This document shows positions 13,657 through 26,800 of a stretch of 63,893 bases of DNA, in pieces. Under the pieces are notes generated by a model. That model searched no databases, was not told the origin of the DNA, and worked only from the letters and a program-made list of their open reading frames with translations. Both the position numbers and the translations under genes were made by a program. The stretch is from Rhina ancylostomus (Eukaryota): the NCBI GenBank assembly GCA_030265395.1, contig JARFYF010000036.1, forward strand, positions 26,209,264-26,273,156, given 5' to 3'. Within the stretch, counting starts at the first letter, position 1; each line of letters starts with the position of its first letter.

Positions 13657-14486
13657 ATTATTCTTTAAATATTATAAATCAGTGCTAAAGCACAACTTAT
13701 TGTGTTACTTCTCATTCTTTAACCTTTTCTTTGNNNNNNNNNNNNNNNNNNNNNNNNNNNNNNNNNNNNNNNNNNNNNNNNNNNNNNNNNNNNNNNNNNN
13801 NNNNNNNNNNNNNNNNNNNNNNNNNNNNNNNNNAGTGCTAAAGCACAACTTATTGTGTTACTTCTCATTCTTTAACCTTTTCTTTGTGACTTTTAAAAAA
13901 AATGTAAACTCTGTATCTTCCCAGAATGGCAAAGATCAAAGGAAGGCCTTTTCATTTTGCAGAGGTAGCACAAGTGGTATTTTTCCAGTGTCGTGAGGCA
14001 AATATTCAAGCTCACCCAGGTCTTTGAAGTATATATGGAGGCCAGGGATTATTGTTGTCCAGTACTACCCTTCTGCAAACACTAAATTAGGTAAATAGAT
14101 TTTCATTACCAGAAGTCTTAAGGAATGGTGGATAAAGGCAGGTCACAGATCAGCCTTATCCTTGTGCGTCATGGAAGAGGATCAATTTGCTGTTCCTTCA
14201 TATGTTCTTACAAATGTAAAATCAAGCTTCCCAACTGAGACGGATTCTTCCCACATTGTCATAGCTTATACCAAGCTAGAATGTACAATTACATGTAATT
14301 TAAGAATTCTTGATACAAGTTTCTTTTTAAACATTAAAATGAAAAGGCCTTCCTTTGATCTTTGCCATTCTGGGAAGATACAGAGTTTACATTTTTTTTT
14401 AAAAAGGCACAAAGAAAAGGTTAAAGAATGAGAAGTAACACAATAAGTTGTGCTTTAGCACTGATTTATAATATTTAAAGAATAAT
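13657..14486. repeat. Long inverted repeat: left arm 13657-13958 (interrupted by gap), right arm 14336-14486, 377-bp spacer
   Basis: The right arm aaaatgaaaaggccttcc...atttaaagaataat is the near-perfect reverse complement of the left arm. 13681-13733 is also repeated at 13834-13886 across the gap. Confidence 0.92.
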
Positions 14487-16254
14487 ATCTAATTATATAC
14501 AAACTACAAAAGACAATCATTGCATTCAATGCCTATTATATCAATTAAGCAGTGTTTCTTCCTTAACTTCCTGAATCTCTACCCCAAGAATGTAATCAAG
14601 AGGCAATGAACCTGCTGTCATTTCTAGGAAATCTGTTCGCGAATCAAAGGTCACTGAATAAACTCCAAGATTGGCCACGAATCATCACTGGATCTATTTA
14701 ATGAACACACTTCTACACTGCCATGACACAATCTTACAATGTCTTAGCTTGCAGTATCATAAATCATGCATTTAGTTAACTGCTTATAGTCCTTTACCAT
14801 CAGTGATAAAATGACAGCACTTGCTACTAATTTCCAAATAAGCTGCAAGCAAAGTTTCAGCAACATTTGAACTTCCCTTTCACTACAGTCAGTTGCTATC
14901 AGGTAGCAGTTCCAAAGAATCTCCATGTCCACTAAAGTAATATCAAGCTGGAAGAGCAGCCAATCACATTCAAGAACCAAAAAAGACTGCATCCCAACAA
15001 AAAGTGTTTGACTTTTTGAACAAATTAAACACTGGAACCAAGAACGATTTTATTTTTAAATTAGTGTATAATTTGTGTTTTTTTTTTAAAAAGAGCTAGA
15101 AATTGTGCTTAGCAATAATAAGGCTTTGTAAAAAAAAAACAAAATATAACAAAGCACAACATTCTCAAGGTATTTTACAGTGAGAATAATGAAAAAGTAC
15201 CTCAAGTATACGTCAGATTATTGATTTACCTATTTACAGTGGAGTTGGCTCACTGTGGGAGGATCAGTGAATCAGAAGTGATAATTTCTGGATTTCTACT
15301 CCCAGTTACTATCAATTATATGGTGTACTACTGGCAAAGCTTGATAGTTTCACCATAATTATAGAACCTAAATTAATAATAATCAATGCAGATTTTCTTT
15401 TTTACAAAAAAAAAAATCGCTGAATAAAGGTTAGCATAATTTGAAGCAGTACCAATAAAAATAAACACATTTGTAAGATTTAGATTCACAAAATAAATTA
15501 CATTTGCAAAGTTCATTTTTGATCATGAACTGCTCCTAGCTGCAGTCTCTCATTCATGATAAACTCAACTATTCCTCAGTTGCTGTTTCAGGAGATGTAA
15601 TTCATTTGAACAGAATTACTAACCTTGGAATAGGGATGATTAATATTAATACAGAATTTAGAATACAAATTCTTAAAGTAAATTTATACTTCAGGGCATA
15701 GTGTATAGTTTCTTCCTAAATGTCCTTTGGCCTGTTGTATGCTAGAAGAAATTAAGTTATTGCACACTCATGCCTATATCTCAGCAGTTTGCTCAGTCTC
15801 CTGAGAATCGGTTTCACTTTAATTTACTCATGCCTCTTGTGTTCATTTCTCTACTGGAAATGGAAAATAATATTTTCTATTAATTCATCCTAAAACCACG
15901 TGGTGCATATACAAAGTTGCAGATGATCAGACACCAGATGCTGCAGCCTTGATGTGCATGGGAGAGGTAGAGTGAGCAGCTGCACTTGCATTATTCCCCT
16001 TGAATTCATTCATACCTACATAAGGAGAGGCAAGTTGCAACCTTATTGAGCAACTTGTTAGCTTAAAATTGCCATATTACCTTTTTTCCAGAAAAGCAGG
16101 TCTTTTTATAATGCAAGGTAAAGAAAAGTGAACTTGCAAACAAAAACAAGTCACAATTTTTTGGTGCAATGTATGTTCCTCAGTATATCATTCTAAAATC
16201 AAACTTTCTTTGATGGACATACAATAGCCTTATCACTTGGGAGTAACAATTCAA

Positions 16255-16400
16255 TTTCTTTTGAAATGCCATTATCATTGCTGCATGAGCAATATGTCAA
16301 CAATTACAAGCACAGCCAGGTTCCACAAACTCTTGTATAGGCAGTCAGTTCATCAGTTTTGGTGGTTCTGGCCAAGGGATTCATGTTGTTAATCCCAAGG
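16255..16400 (-). mobile_element. Deu-domain SINE fragment
   Basis: ttttgaaatg...gcacagccaggttccacaaac...cagttttggtggttctggccaagggat resembles the reverse complement of the Deu core. Confidence 0.45.
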
Positions 16401-16984
16401 AACGTATCAAACAACCAACTGTACAAATCAAGTCCTCCGTTTAATTTTTCTTTGGACAATGTGTCCCTCAGAGCTACATTTAAGCCAAAAAGGAATTTGC
16501 ATTCTGCCCCTCACAATCATGTACTTGTATACCAGAGAACTTTACAACAAATTAGCAACAGATGAGAAAGTTAATTTGTACACAAGATATCACATACTCC
16601 AGTTAATGCAATAAATTTATTCTCCATTATTTAAGGAAGGTGACAGATTTCAACGTTTTCTGTACAGGTGACGTTAAACACTAAACATTTTAGGAGCCGA
16701 TGCAGGGAAGAAAATTGAACTACAGTTGCTCTATAATCAAGTGACAGAATACTGACCTCATTAATAACTCCCATTTTGGTGGCTTGTGGAAATACAACTT
16801 CTATTCTTTGCCTCTTAAGATTCAAGTCTGAAAACATTTTATGCATTCATGGCAAATAGTTTCTGCTACTCAGCAAAACCTTTGTGCAGATGTTATTCTA
16901 TTTCTTACAAAAATAACTGAAATGCTTTCAATTTAAAATCGCACATTAAGCAAGCTGCCATCAGCTTCGCTGACAAACAAACAT

Positions 16985-17650
16985 CCTTTTTCTCATGAGG
17001 TCAAGGATGACTTGTTTCCATGCTGGTTCTGTGGGTTTTGATGTGGTTGAACAGGCCAATTTGGGATCTGCAATCTCTACAACAGGTGAGCAGGTGGTGA
17101 TTGACAGAGCAGGTAGTAGGGGAGCTTGGGAGGTGGTGCATTCATTCTGTAGTTTATACAGAGCCTTGTATCCTCCTGACATTAGAGCCAGTGGTCCTCC
17201 AGGCCATACAAAATGTTCTTCTTCCATTTTGAGCAATCGTGGAGCAGGAATTCACACAAGTTAGAGAACATGATGCCTCCTCTATCTCCCTCCCCCTGCA
17301 TCCCACCTCACTCACCCCCAAAGTTTCAAAAAAACTTTATATTCTCAAATCATTTATCTGGCAATCTCTTGCTGTGACAGAGCTTGGAGTTGAATGTTTG
17401 TTTCAAGAGTCTAGTGTCAGACATGTCAACAATGTACCATGCTCACTGGAGCAGACAGTGTAACGAGCCTCAGTGCTGGACATGTTGGCCTGGGAGAAGA
17501 CACTGATATTAAATTCACGTTTTCTGCGAGTAGATTTGGAAAACTTTGGGAGAGAGCATTGATCATATCTCTCCAGTGATTCAAGGCAGCTGCTGTAAGT
17601 AGTCTGCATCTCAGGAGTGTACAAGAGGGTGGGGTCACTGCTTCCCACTA
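16985..17650 (-). mobile_element. RTE-clade LINE 3' portion, decayed
   Basis: ORF 17403-17648 reads PTLLYTPEMQTTYSSCLESLERYDQCSL...NISVFSQANMSSTEA, resembling RTE LLYxxETWTTY...SVLSQANIPSIEA. The C-terminal part continues toward 16990. Confidence 0.8.
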
Positions 17651-18102
17651 CATTTGTGCTGGGTTTGAGTTTTTGATCCTCAATTATTAGAGGACCAAAT
17701 ACTGAATATTAATGGAAATGATGCATTTCTTCAATATCTGCCTTTGTTTCAAGATGGCTCCAGAACCATGAGAAATGATGCACATTTCCCAGGGTCTCAT
17801 CATGGACCTTTATTGTTGGAAGTCAGTACAAGGCTCATTCTCTCATGCACTTCTGTGAACAAATTGGCAATGACTAGGCGTTTGACCTCCAAACATGCAC
17901 GTAGTAACTACCATCTACATACTGTGGCTCAATGATTGAGATTGGAGATGCCTTAGTTCTACAATGGAAGTGATGTTGGTTGAATCATCTCCCATTTGCT
18001 CTATAGATTAGCTCCACTCCAGCAGGACGCTTGAAGAAGGGGAGAAGGGGAGAAGGGGAGAGTAACATATCCTTGCTCAACAACAATCTGCACTGAGATT
18101 GT

Positions 18103-18232
18103 AGCAACAAACAATCTGCTGGAGGAATTCAGTNNNNNNNNNNCCCACCACTCCCAGATGCTGCACAACCTGCTGAGTTCCTCCAGCAGATTGTTTGTTG
18201 CTCCAGATTCCAGCATCTGCAGTCTTGTGTCT
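18103..18232. mobile_element. Penelope-like element termini in inverted orientation around a gap
   Basis: 18103-18132 and 18173-18202 form a 30-bp inverted repeat with one mismatch, followed by ccagattccagcatctgcagtcttgtgtct. Confidence 0.8.
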
Positions 18233-19444
18233 GCATTGAGACTGGATCTGTTGTGGACCCATTGGTTAAAATCATGGATTGTATGCCAAACAGCAGATGC
18301 AAGATGAGTCTGACAAGATTTGAAAACATTTCTCCAGAGACCATCTTGATTGATGGAGTTGCAAGCTCTTGTGAGCTTACTTAATATGCTTTATTGAGAG
18401 GCAAGAAATTCATTAATACAGTTTCTATTCCAGACCCGCCTTTGATGCGCTACAAGAGAACCGTACTTCCTGCAAGAAAGTGAGCTAACTACAATCTCAG
18501 GCAAACAATGATCTCTACTGAAATATCAGCTGTGACCATTTTTTTCAAATATTGTGATGACTGCTTATTTTCTGAGTGTAAGCAAAATTTACAAGAAATG
18601 CTCCTGAATGTACATCCAAGTTACAATGAGAGCTGACACAAGTAGGTTGGAAATCAGACTGAAGATTGTAACCGCACAACTACAAACACATTGATCGGTT
18701 TCACATTTGAAAGTTCTTACAATATTTAAGAGTGGAGATACACATTTTCCACAACTGATTGTATTGTGGAATGCATTAGCTTGGTGACTTAGGCTTCACT
18801 GCTTCTAGGAGTGAAAGTAGAAAGATGAAATTTTGCAGTTTACTTTCAACTGTTTAAGGAGGAGTCTCTAGAAACAATGATGTTTGATGTCAACGTTTCA
18901 AGAAGCTTCAAACTCTTCATAATCAGATTGGGAAAAGCTTGTGTTGAATTTTTAAGAAAACTCAACATGATTCTTATCATTCTTGAGGGAAAATATGCAC
19001 TCCATCTTATGTTAATCAGATGCTGGCTCCTGTGACAGAAAGCATTAATTGTAATATTGCTGGACTTTCCTCCGAGATCAGATGCTCAGAAGACTCCTTC
19101 TCAACCGCTGCTTATCCACTAAGAGTCAGCAAATGTTCTTTTGGTAGCAGCCCATTGTGGACAAGTTACCCCTCTGTAAATCATGACATTATCTCTGTAT
19201 CCCCATATTCTCCATGATGATGTCAAGAAACAACCAGCAAAAAAAAATCCCACTATTTTGTTTCCTCCCATATATCATTGTTTCAAATGCTTGGCTTCTT
19301 TCAAAAAATTTGACTGTCTCAAACTCAACAATTCCTTGTAGGCATCAATTTTCCACTACAGAAACTCAGTGCAACTGGTCATCTCTAATCAGTGCTCATT
19401 CACTTCATGACAATTTAAAATTGGAGTCTTTCTCCATTTATCCA

Positions 19445-19558
19445 AAAGAGGGACTGCAGCAGTTCAAGGCAGCTGACCCATCCCTAATTGCTCTTGAGGA
19501 GGTGGTTGTCACAAGTGCTGGCTTTGCCAGCAACAACCAGATCCTGCAAAATGAACAA
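19445..19558 (+). mobile_element. CR1/L2-group LINE 3' tail with an internal micro-inversion
   Basis: ggactgcagcagttcaaggcagc...tgctggctttgccagcaac...atgaa matches a common elasmobranch LINE tail, but the centre is reversed. Confidence 0.65.
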
Positions 19559-20204
19559 CTAAATCAGAACCCATATTATAATTGAGAAAAGTCTTCATGA
19601 AACCACCTCATCTTTCTGTTCTAATGGGTAAACCTTCAGAATTCTATGTTTCCCTTCGCAAGTGCAGTCATCCTTGTTATCAGCATGATGAATCTGTGTT
19701 GAGTATTCTTTTTTATATAATGGTGCGTCAAAAAGCTGCAAATTTCATGGGATTTATTTTAAAATTTACTCTTTGTTTTGTATTCTACAGCATTCGTTAT
19801 GAATATCACATTAATGTGCATGATTAGAATGTAACATCTCAAGAACAGCAGTTTCTATTCTAATTCACAAATCCCAGAATCTGACAAGAGCTCTTTCTGG
19901 GGAAAAAATATCGACTCAGACTCCAGTTTTTGAGACAATCAGAAATTTAGATGTAAAAGACGCAAACATTGATGCAAGCTTAATAATACATTTCGAATTA
20001 AATGGTACTGAAATATGTTAATGAAAACAATGAGTAGAAGAAAAAATATTATCTTTTTGACTTGATTGATTAAATTTGTGCAACTTCTTGTTATGAAGAT
20101 TTATTTTGGAAAGTTTGATGATTTATTTCATTCAAATCAATTGAATTAGCATAAAGCATGGTTGATCTCAGTTTTTTTTTAAAAAACAACACTTTTTTGG
20201 AATA

Positions 20205-20412
20205 CTGGTCCTCCCCAGGTTACAGAAGGGTTCTGTTCTTGTGATCAGAAAGTGGTGATCCAAACAGTTCATAAATCAGAAATGCAATTGTGAACAGAGT
20301 CCCTACCCAGCAAAAGGTGGCTGCAGCCCCACAACAGCTGTTAAATCCATACTGCCAGTCTGCCAAACGCTCCTTTATATGTACTGGCCATACATAACTT
20401 GGGCAGGACCTG
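20205..20412. mobile_element. Tc1/mariner-pogo (Tigger-like) MITE
   Basis: TA|ctggtcctccccaggttac ... ataacttgggcaggacctg|TA: 19-bp TIRs matching at 15/19 positions, with a TA target-site duplication. Confidence 0.8.
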
Positions 20413-23400
20413 TATAAAGATCTCCTATGCTATTGTCCATAGCAAGTCAAAGGACTATAACATGGGAAACATTGATAAATTATACTACTTACAGTAATAA
20501 GTTACTTATGTTCAGTAAACACCAATTCAGAGACCGCCAACAACATGGTGCGTTCCTCACGCTTCTTTGTTACCTTTGAAGAGTAACAATGTTGATGATA
20601 AACTTAAAAATGAATAAAGATAATAGGTGTGTACCACTTTTTCAGGCACAAGTATTTTACAGTATGATTCCAATCTCCTAAAGAGTGCATCAATTGAAGG
20701 TTCAGCAAATCCAGTCAGCACAGGTACATCTCTTAGAACAACTTGATTTTCAACTTAATGGATGAAACTGTAAAACCAGTTCAGGAATTCCAACTGCTAA
20801 TAATGTAAAACAACAGGGTATCATGGACGTAAAGCACACTGTGGTTTACATTTTTGACATTTAAAACTATTTAGTCATCCAGTTTAAAAAAAATAGTTTA
20901 CACAGTACAGCTTTTTATACTGCTCAAACCTAATGTCTGCATTGTTTGAATTAGTGTTGCTGCACGCAACCACTGGCTCATGTCTGCATTATCAATGGAA
21001 GTGTCTACTTTTGTTAAAAGTCTCAGCAGGTCCAGCATAAGATCACAAATAGGAAAAGCTCAATAGCTTACTTCAATATCCTCTACACAAACAGTGATGG
21101 GTTATATTGTTGGGCGAGCACCATACAGATATTCTTCTTAATGAAGATTGAACAAGTGAATTTAACTCGATTCATTAGACCAATATTCCTTGTACATGCG
21201 GTACAATATTGTTTCTGTGCATCTCAGCACTGATTTAATAGCCTTTTTCAAGTATTAATTTAGTGAAGGATCATTTAGAAATTACAGATCATCCAGCCCA
21301 CATTCTTCTGCTGAACATTTGACAAACAAACAGCATCACTTATCCAGTGCTCCTGTTCTTTACCGTGTTCCTTCCATCTTTTATCCAATTAAATTTTGAC
21401 ACCATCACTGTTTCAATTATCATCGCTCAAAACTGACTACTTGCAACTTTTTACCCCAAATATACAAGTCACATTACAACTGAAAAAAGATTTTCAATTG
21501 TGGCAAAAGAAAAATTGCCAGACTGTGTCGGGGTTGCAGCCCAGATAAACCATCATTTATTTAGTTAATAGTGAGTCAGTCTGTGTATCTAACATCCATT
21601 CTCACGATGTGTCACAACCTTTTAGCTTAAACACTGGAGGGGGGGGGGGAGTGGAAACCAAAGCCATTATTTTCCATGTACATGAAAATTTCCATTACCT
21701 TATATGTCAGCCCTTCAACTCAATCAAGCCAAATGCAATACAAGGATTCAGTGAAGTTTTACAATTGCATTTGAAATGCCATCTTCAGTCTGTTAATAGA
21801 CTTCAAACACTGCCCAGCTCAAATCAAGAAGATTCAAATGTGGCGCGCCTCTTTCACCTGTCAGCTTGCTGGCCTCGTGTCCTCTACCCTCCACAAACTG
21901 CCCAAATACCATTATGAAGTGCAGTTATAAAAGAATTTAGCAATGGAAGAAGTTGTACATCAACAGGACAGGAAGAATCTTATTACTTGACAGATTGGTC
22001 CAGAACCAATTGGAACAGCATTCCAATTCCTTGAAAGCTTTAATTGTTGGCTAAGCTTGAGAGAATAAGTTAGTTGACTGTCAAAATTTTCTTCAACTGT
22101 TCATGGGCCTGGCTTGGCTGCACTGCGCCATGCAAAACCCTTCCACCACACAAGACGTTAGTACTTAGAATTATGGTGCGTTCAGGCAGCAAGTCAACAT
22201 CGGCAGATCTGAAAAGGCAAGTCTGTACTTCTATCAGGAACGAGTTTGAGCAAGTTCTGCCCTATTATTTTTGATCCAGTTTGACCATCATCACATTTCA
22301 GTGGTGATAGAGTGAATATTGAAGTTATTTCAGAAATTCCAATAACAGCAAAACTATAGCTTCCTTGGGCAGCTGGCTGCTGTGATTTAGCTAACTTCAT
22401 TGTTAATGGCAAATACATTAAGTGTGGAAGCCTTTTCCAACTATGCAGGTTGTAAATTCCTCCACTGGCATTGAAATTACTTTGCCACCTGCACAGAAAA
22501 AAAACTAACTGCATGGATTTCAAATTACTTTCAAAACTTTCTATCAGATTTTTCAGGGAATTAACAATTCCAAGTGAACTGCTGAAGAGTGGGTGTTCAA
22601 AGTAGTAATGACTAAACAAAATCATCTAAAATATTATACTTCAAGCCTTGACTGCACCTGTACTCTTGTTGATAAAATTTGGAAGTTCTTCACTTTGTCA
22701 GTATACTTGTCTTTGAAAGCTTAATCAAGGCTCAGACAGTTTTCATGCTTTAGTCAGAATCCAGTAAGCAGGGAAAAGCAACCCAAATGCAATAACCTGC
22801 AAATTCCCTCATTGTTAATAAAACACAAAAGGGACACCAGAAATGGCTTCAAAGAAAAACTATGCATACAAATTAAATAGGAATCTTGTCAATGGCTGTG
22901 CGTCAGCATCCTGCTACATTGTAACAATGTTCATCAATTACCCTAACTTTATTCTGTCACTTGATGTTACTGAATGATTTTATATGAAAGGTTTGAGCTT
23001 TCATCATCACAACACGAGATCCTGGCAGTACAAGATGAATTATTATTATCTTGCTTCAATAACAGATTTTTTAATTCAACATTCCTTGTAGGAGTTGCCC
23101 ATTTGTGCCATATATTCTATGGAAGAACTCTCAATCAAATAGTCATAGAGAATATTCAGCAACAGAGAACCAAGGCATACCACATAAGTAAATCTTTCTG
23201 TGCCTGATACTTGGATTAAGCATTCCTCTAACTGATGCAAAGAGTTTCCTCTATCAAATGACCAACACCTCCTGATCAGACAAGAAGAGCTTTTAATAAA
23301 CATAACACGATCCATTATAGAAGTGATTCTGATAGTAATCTTCATCTTTAAGAACACAAGAAAAAGAAACCACTTTGGATCGATACACTTTATTAAGTGT

Positions 23401-23469
23401 TGAGAGATTTACAGAATTAACAAACAAAAACACTTAGTCCCTCCAGTAACCGAATTAGGAGTTATTAAA

Positions 23470-23660
23470 TAATTGGCAAGAGGTCAGCAGGAGAAACCTT
23501 TCATTCAAGAGTTAAGGATCTGAAATACTCCATTTGATAAGACAGGGTATGAAATAAAAATAAAAAGGTATGGGACAAAGTGCATTTGTTCTTTGGAAGA
23601 CTAAAAAGAGTTGACAGAGGAACAAAGGCTCCAAAGGGCTCCTTCTGTACTACAGTATGG
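23470..23660 (+). mobile_element. CR1 3' tail fragment
   Basis: aattggcaagagg...agagttaaggatctgaaat...aaagggctccttctgtact. Confidence 0.5.
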
Positions 23661-24439
23661 TCTTGCTGATCCATCACCCACTTCCTTTTTGGTTCCCATA
23701 ACTCCACTAATTTTTCTAGATTTCCAGTACATATTGAAAGTTGAGGCTAATGGAAAAAGAATGCGCCATGCAACCATAAAAGATTAAAATGTATGTTTTG
23801 ATTATATTTTTATTCCCTTAGTAAAATGGCACATATTGTCACTGATCAATTTGCCTAATGATATTGGCCTCCATTTCTCATGAGCTTTGCTAGTATAAAT
23901 CCTCTGTTCATGGTGCATATTGTGTCACTCAAGGTTTTATTCATGCTAGTCTTATATCCTTTCTGAAAGGAAGCTCGTTTTCTTGCTACCACTGCTTAGA
24001 GCAGCATTTATTCCCAAATACAAATGCACAGAAGACCTTGCAACTCTCCATGGCAAATATATTTTTTAAAAAACCATATGCAAACATATTATAGGTCCCA
24101 ATTTTTGGATTAAGTACACCTTCAGGTATTGGTTTAACAAATCCAACATTTAAGTTGCACATTGTGCATTATCTTTGATTCTAACAGGATCCCTACATCC
24201 ATCTGCTCAGCTACGAAGGAATCGAGGATCCATGCTGATTCATCTATGACTGCTGATAAACATACTGTTGGAATTTCAACAGCTGCAAAAACAAATTAAA
24301 AGTTGCAGAATGAGAATCCAATGTACTTTGGTCTCCTTGCTACTGGATATTTTCATCCAAAGAGAATCATGTGGCAGTGTCGAACAGCATCTCCACAGAA
24401 AATGAAAACACGTACAGCGTCTTCCATCTATCAGCACCT

Positions 24440-24560
24440 TCCTCAAGCAGATATATGAATTAATGCCATATGGACACCAACTCATGGCAGAGTCTTGCTC
24501 AGGACTATTCTAAAGGAGCAACAAAAAGAACCAAATTTCAAGAATTTCAGCACTTTGAAA
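24440..24560 (+). mobile_element. RTE LINE fragment
   Basis: MDTNSWQSLAQDYSK resembles the RTE motif IDxxSWESLAxDRSKW. Confidence 0.5.
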
Positions 24561-26109
24561 CGGTGCAACAACATTGCAGAAAATCTCAGATTGGTCTTAT
24601 CAGTTCTCAAGAGGTAATCTTCAACCACAAGGGATTGTCAAAGAATGAATGATTCTCTTTGAAGAGTCAAAGATAAATAAATCACTCCAAAGAAAATTTC
24701 AGCCCAATTATAGTGGCCATTTCATTACCTGCAGCAAATCCATGCAATAAATTTCAGTTCCTAAATTTCCTCAAGTTTAGACCATAAACTGCAAAGCACT
24801 TTACAAAGGCCTGAAACCCTCTTTACTTTTCACCTCTTTCTTCCCACAAAAATTGGTTGTGCAAGATTCTTCTCAAATCTCAATATTCATTGTGTGAAAA
24901 AGAATGCCTTTATTTTAGGGTAAAAGCTAGGATGTGGTTTAGCAGGTTTTAAATATCTAAACACCCACAAATAATACATAGTAAAGAAAGATTGCTAGGC
25001 TGTCATGTAATCATGATGATCAAATGGCATTGTGAACCATGAGAACAAATCTCCAGTTTATAGCTGTCATTTGAACCACTTGATTTTGTCCACCGGCTTA
25101 TGGTGAGAAGGCTATAAGGGGCACAGCAATTACTCATCATATAGGATCCATCCCTCCCTACCTCAATTACCCTTCATACAAATTATGTTCAAACTATCTT
25201 GCTACTTTGTGATTAACTACCAATAGGAGTTTAGAACTTTTAGAATCTGGCTAAAGCATCATTATCAACAGTCTGCAAAGGAACATTCTTAGATACAATA
25301 GAAACTAAATGTTCTGCTTAGTTTATACATTCTTAGTGCAACACTTGGTATAGTATACTACTACAGTTACAACAACAGTTAAGTTATACTCTTCGATGAT
25401 AGGCTCACTCATAACTGAATGGCTAATACATTGTGTTATATGACATTAACCAACACTGTCTCAAGCAATAGGAGAGTTTCTGTGCACAATTAAATTACAT
25501 TTCCCTCACATCAAAATGTATGCACAACTCAATACTTCAAATCTAAGGAAGTGTATGTCTGATTGCTCATTTATTACACACTCAACCTCCAACTCAAAAC
25601 ACATTTGCATTTAGATAATAGTTTTTACAGTGTTTCTGCAAAATTATAAAGTAAATTGAAATGCCTCATTTTAATTGGCGCGAGACTAAGAGGTGAAGAC
25701 AGAATAGATGAATCAGAATACTCTTAAACTGTTTGGAAATATAATTTCATGAAACCATCACCACGAAATTATCAGAAGTATAGCACTAGCAATAAACTTA
25801 ACATTTAACCAATGTACAGAGGCAAATTATTATAGATTCAGCAAGGAAGGCTTTCATGACATCTAAAAGAGGTGCAACAATTTTAGATAAATATACTTAT
25901 TGGCAAGGAAGTGAAGTACATGGAAAGGCAAAGAATCCGGTTAACTTGAGAAGATTTTCACATTCAAGTTACTGTATCTTGTTATTTATACTGTACTGAA
26001 ATTATGAAGTCCACCATCACCTGCAATGCCCCTGCACTGACTTTGGTTGAACAAGGGGGGCAGGGGAGGGGAACAAGAGGAGCTGGAGGGAGGGGATTAA
26101 CACAAAACT

Positions 26110-26800
26110 CAGTCTACTGGACAAGAGTGATCCCTGCCCTTGAATATCGTTTTGAGACTTGGAAGAACTCCAAGATACAGGAAGGAAACCACCAAAAAAA
26201 CCTCTCAGAAAAGTCCTCCAAATTCACTGCAAGGAAAATCAAACCCAATACCAGTGTCATCTTCAAGGCCAACATCCCCAGCATCAACATCTTGGGAGGA
26301 TCGATCCCTCTTCTCATTTCTTCTATCGAAGTGGTGGTACAGGAGCCTTAAGACCCACACTCTACAATTTAGGAACAGCATCTGCCCCTCCGCAGTCAGA
26401 TTCCTGAACAGTCCATGAACCAATGAACACTACCTCGTTATTCCTTTTTCTGTTGCACTATTTATTTTGTAATTTATAGTAATTTTTAATGTCTTTGCAC
26501 TGTACCGTTGCACTAAAGAACAAATTTCACATCAGACAAGTCAGTGATAAACCATATTCTGATTCAGGGAAATCCCTGTCCTATGACCACTCAAATTGCA
26601 GGCATTTTCAGGACAGTACTGAGAACTAAGCCCATACCCCTGGAACACACAGAAGTCCTGTGCAAACAGGAGTGCACCATTTCACAAACTACACACTCAC
26701 CAACCAAATCAGACCCCACCCATCCCAAATGTGGAAGAGTGGGCAGTTTGAACACTAGCCTCAGAACCCACAAAACCAGGGTGAGGAAAAGCCATTCCTA
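26110..26800 (+). mobile_element. RTE LINE in two pieces (26110-26295 and 26566-26800)
   Basis: 5' piece: VIPALEYRFETW / LRKVLQIH / TSVIFKANIPSI. 3' piece: ggaaatccctgtcctatgaccactcaaa (~WESLAYDHSK) and HPKCGRVGSLNTSLRTHKT. Confidence 0.8.
26300..26565 (+). mobile_element. Rex1/Babar-like LINE 3' end nested in the RTE
   Basis: SLFSFLLSKWWYRSLKTHTLQFRNSICPSAVRFLN resembles Rex1 SLFSLLPSGRRYRSLKTRTxRFRNSFFPxAIRxLN, followed by a tail ending gataaaccatattctgattc. Confidence 0.85.

Noticed and set aside
13681-13886. 53-bp direct repeat
   Set aside because: Identical sequence on both sides of a 100-N gap is the signature of an unmerged contig overlap.
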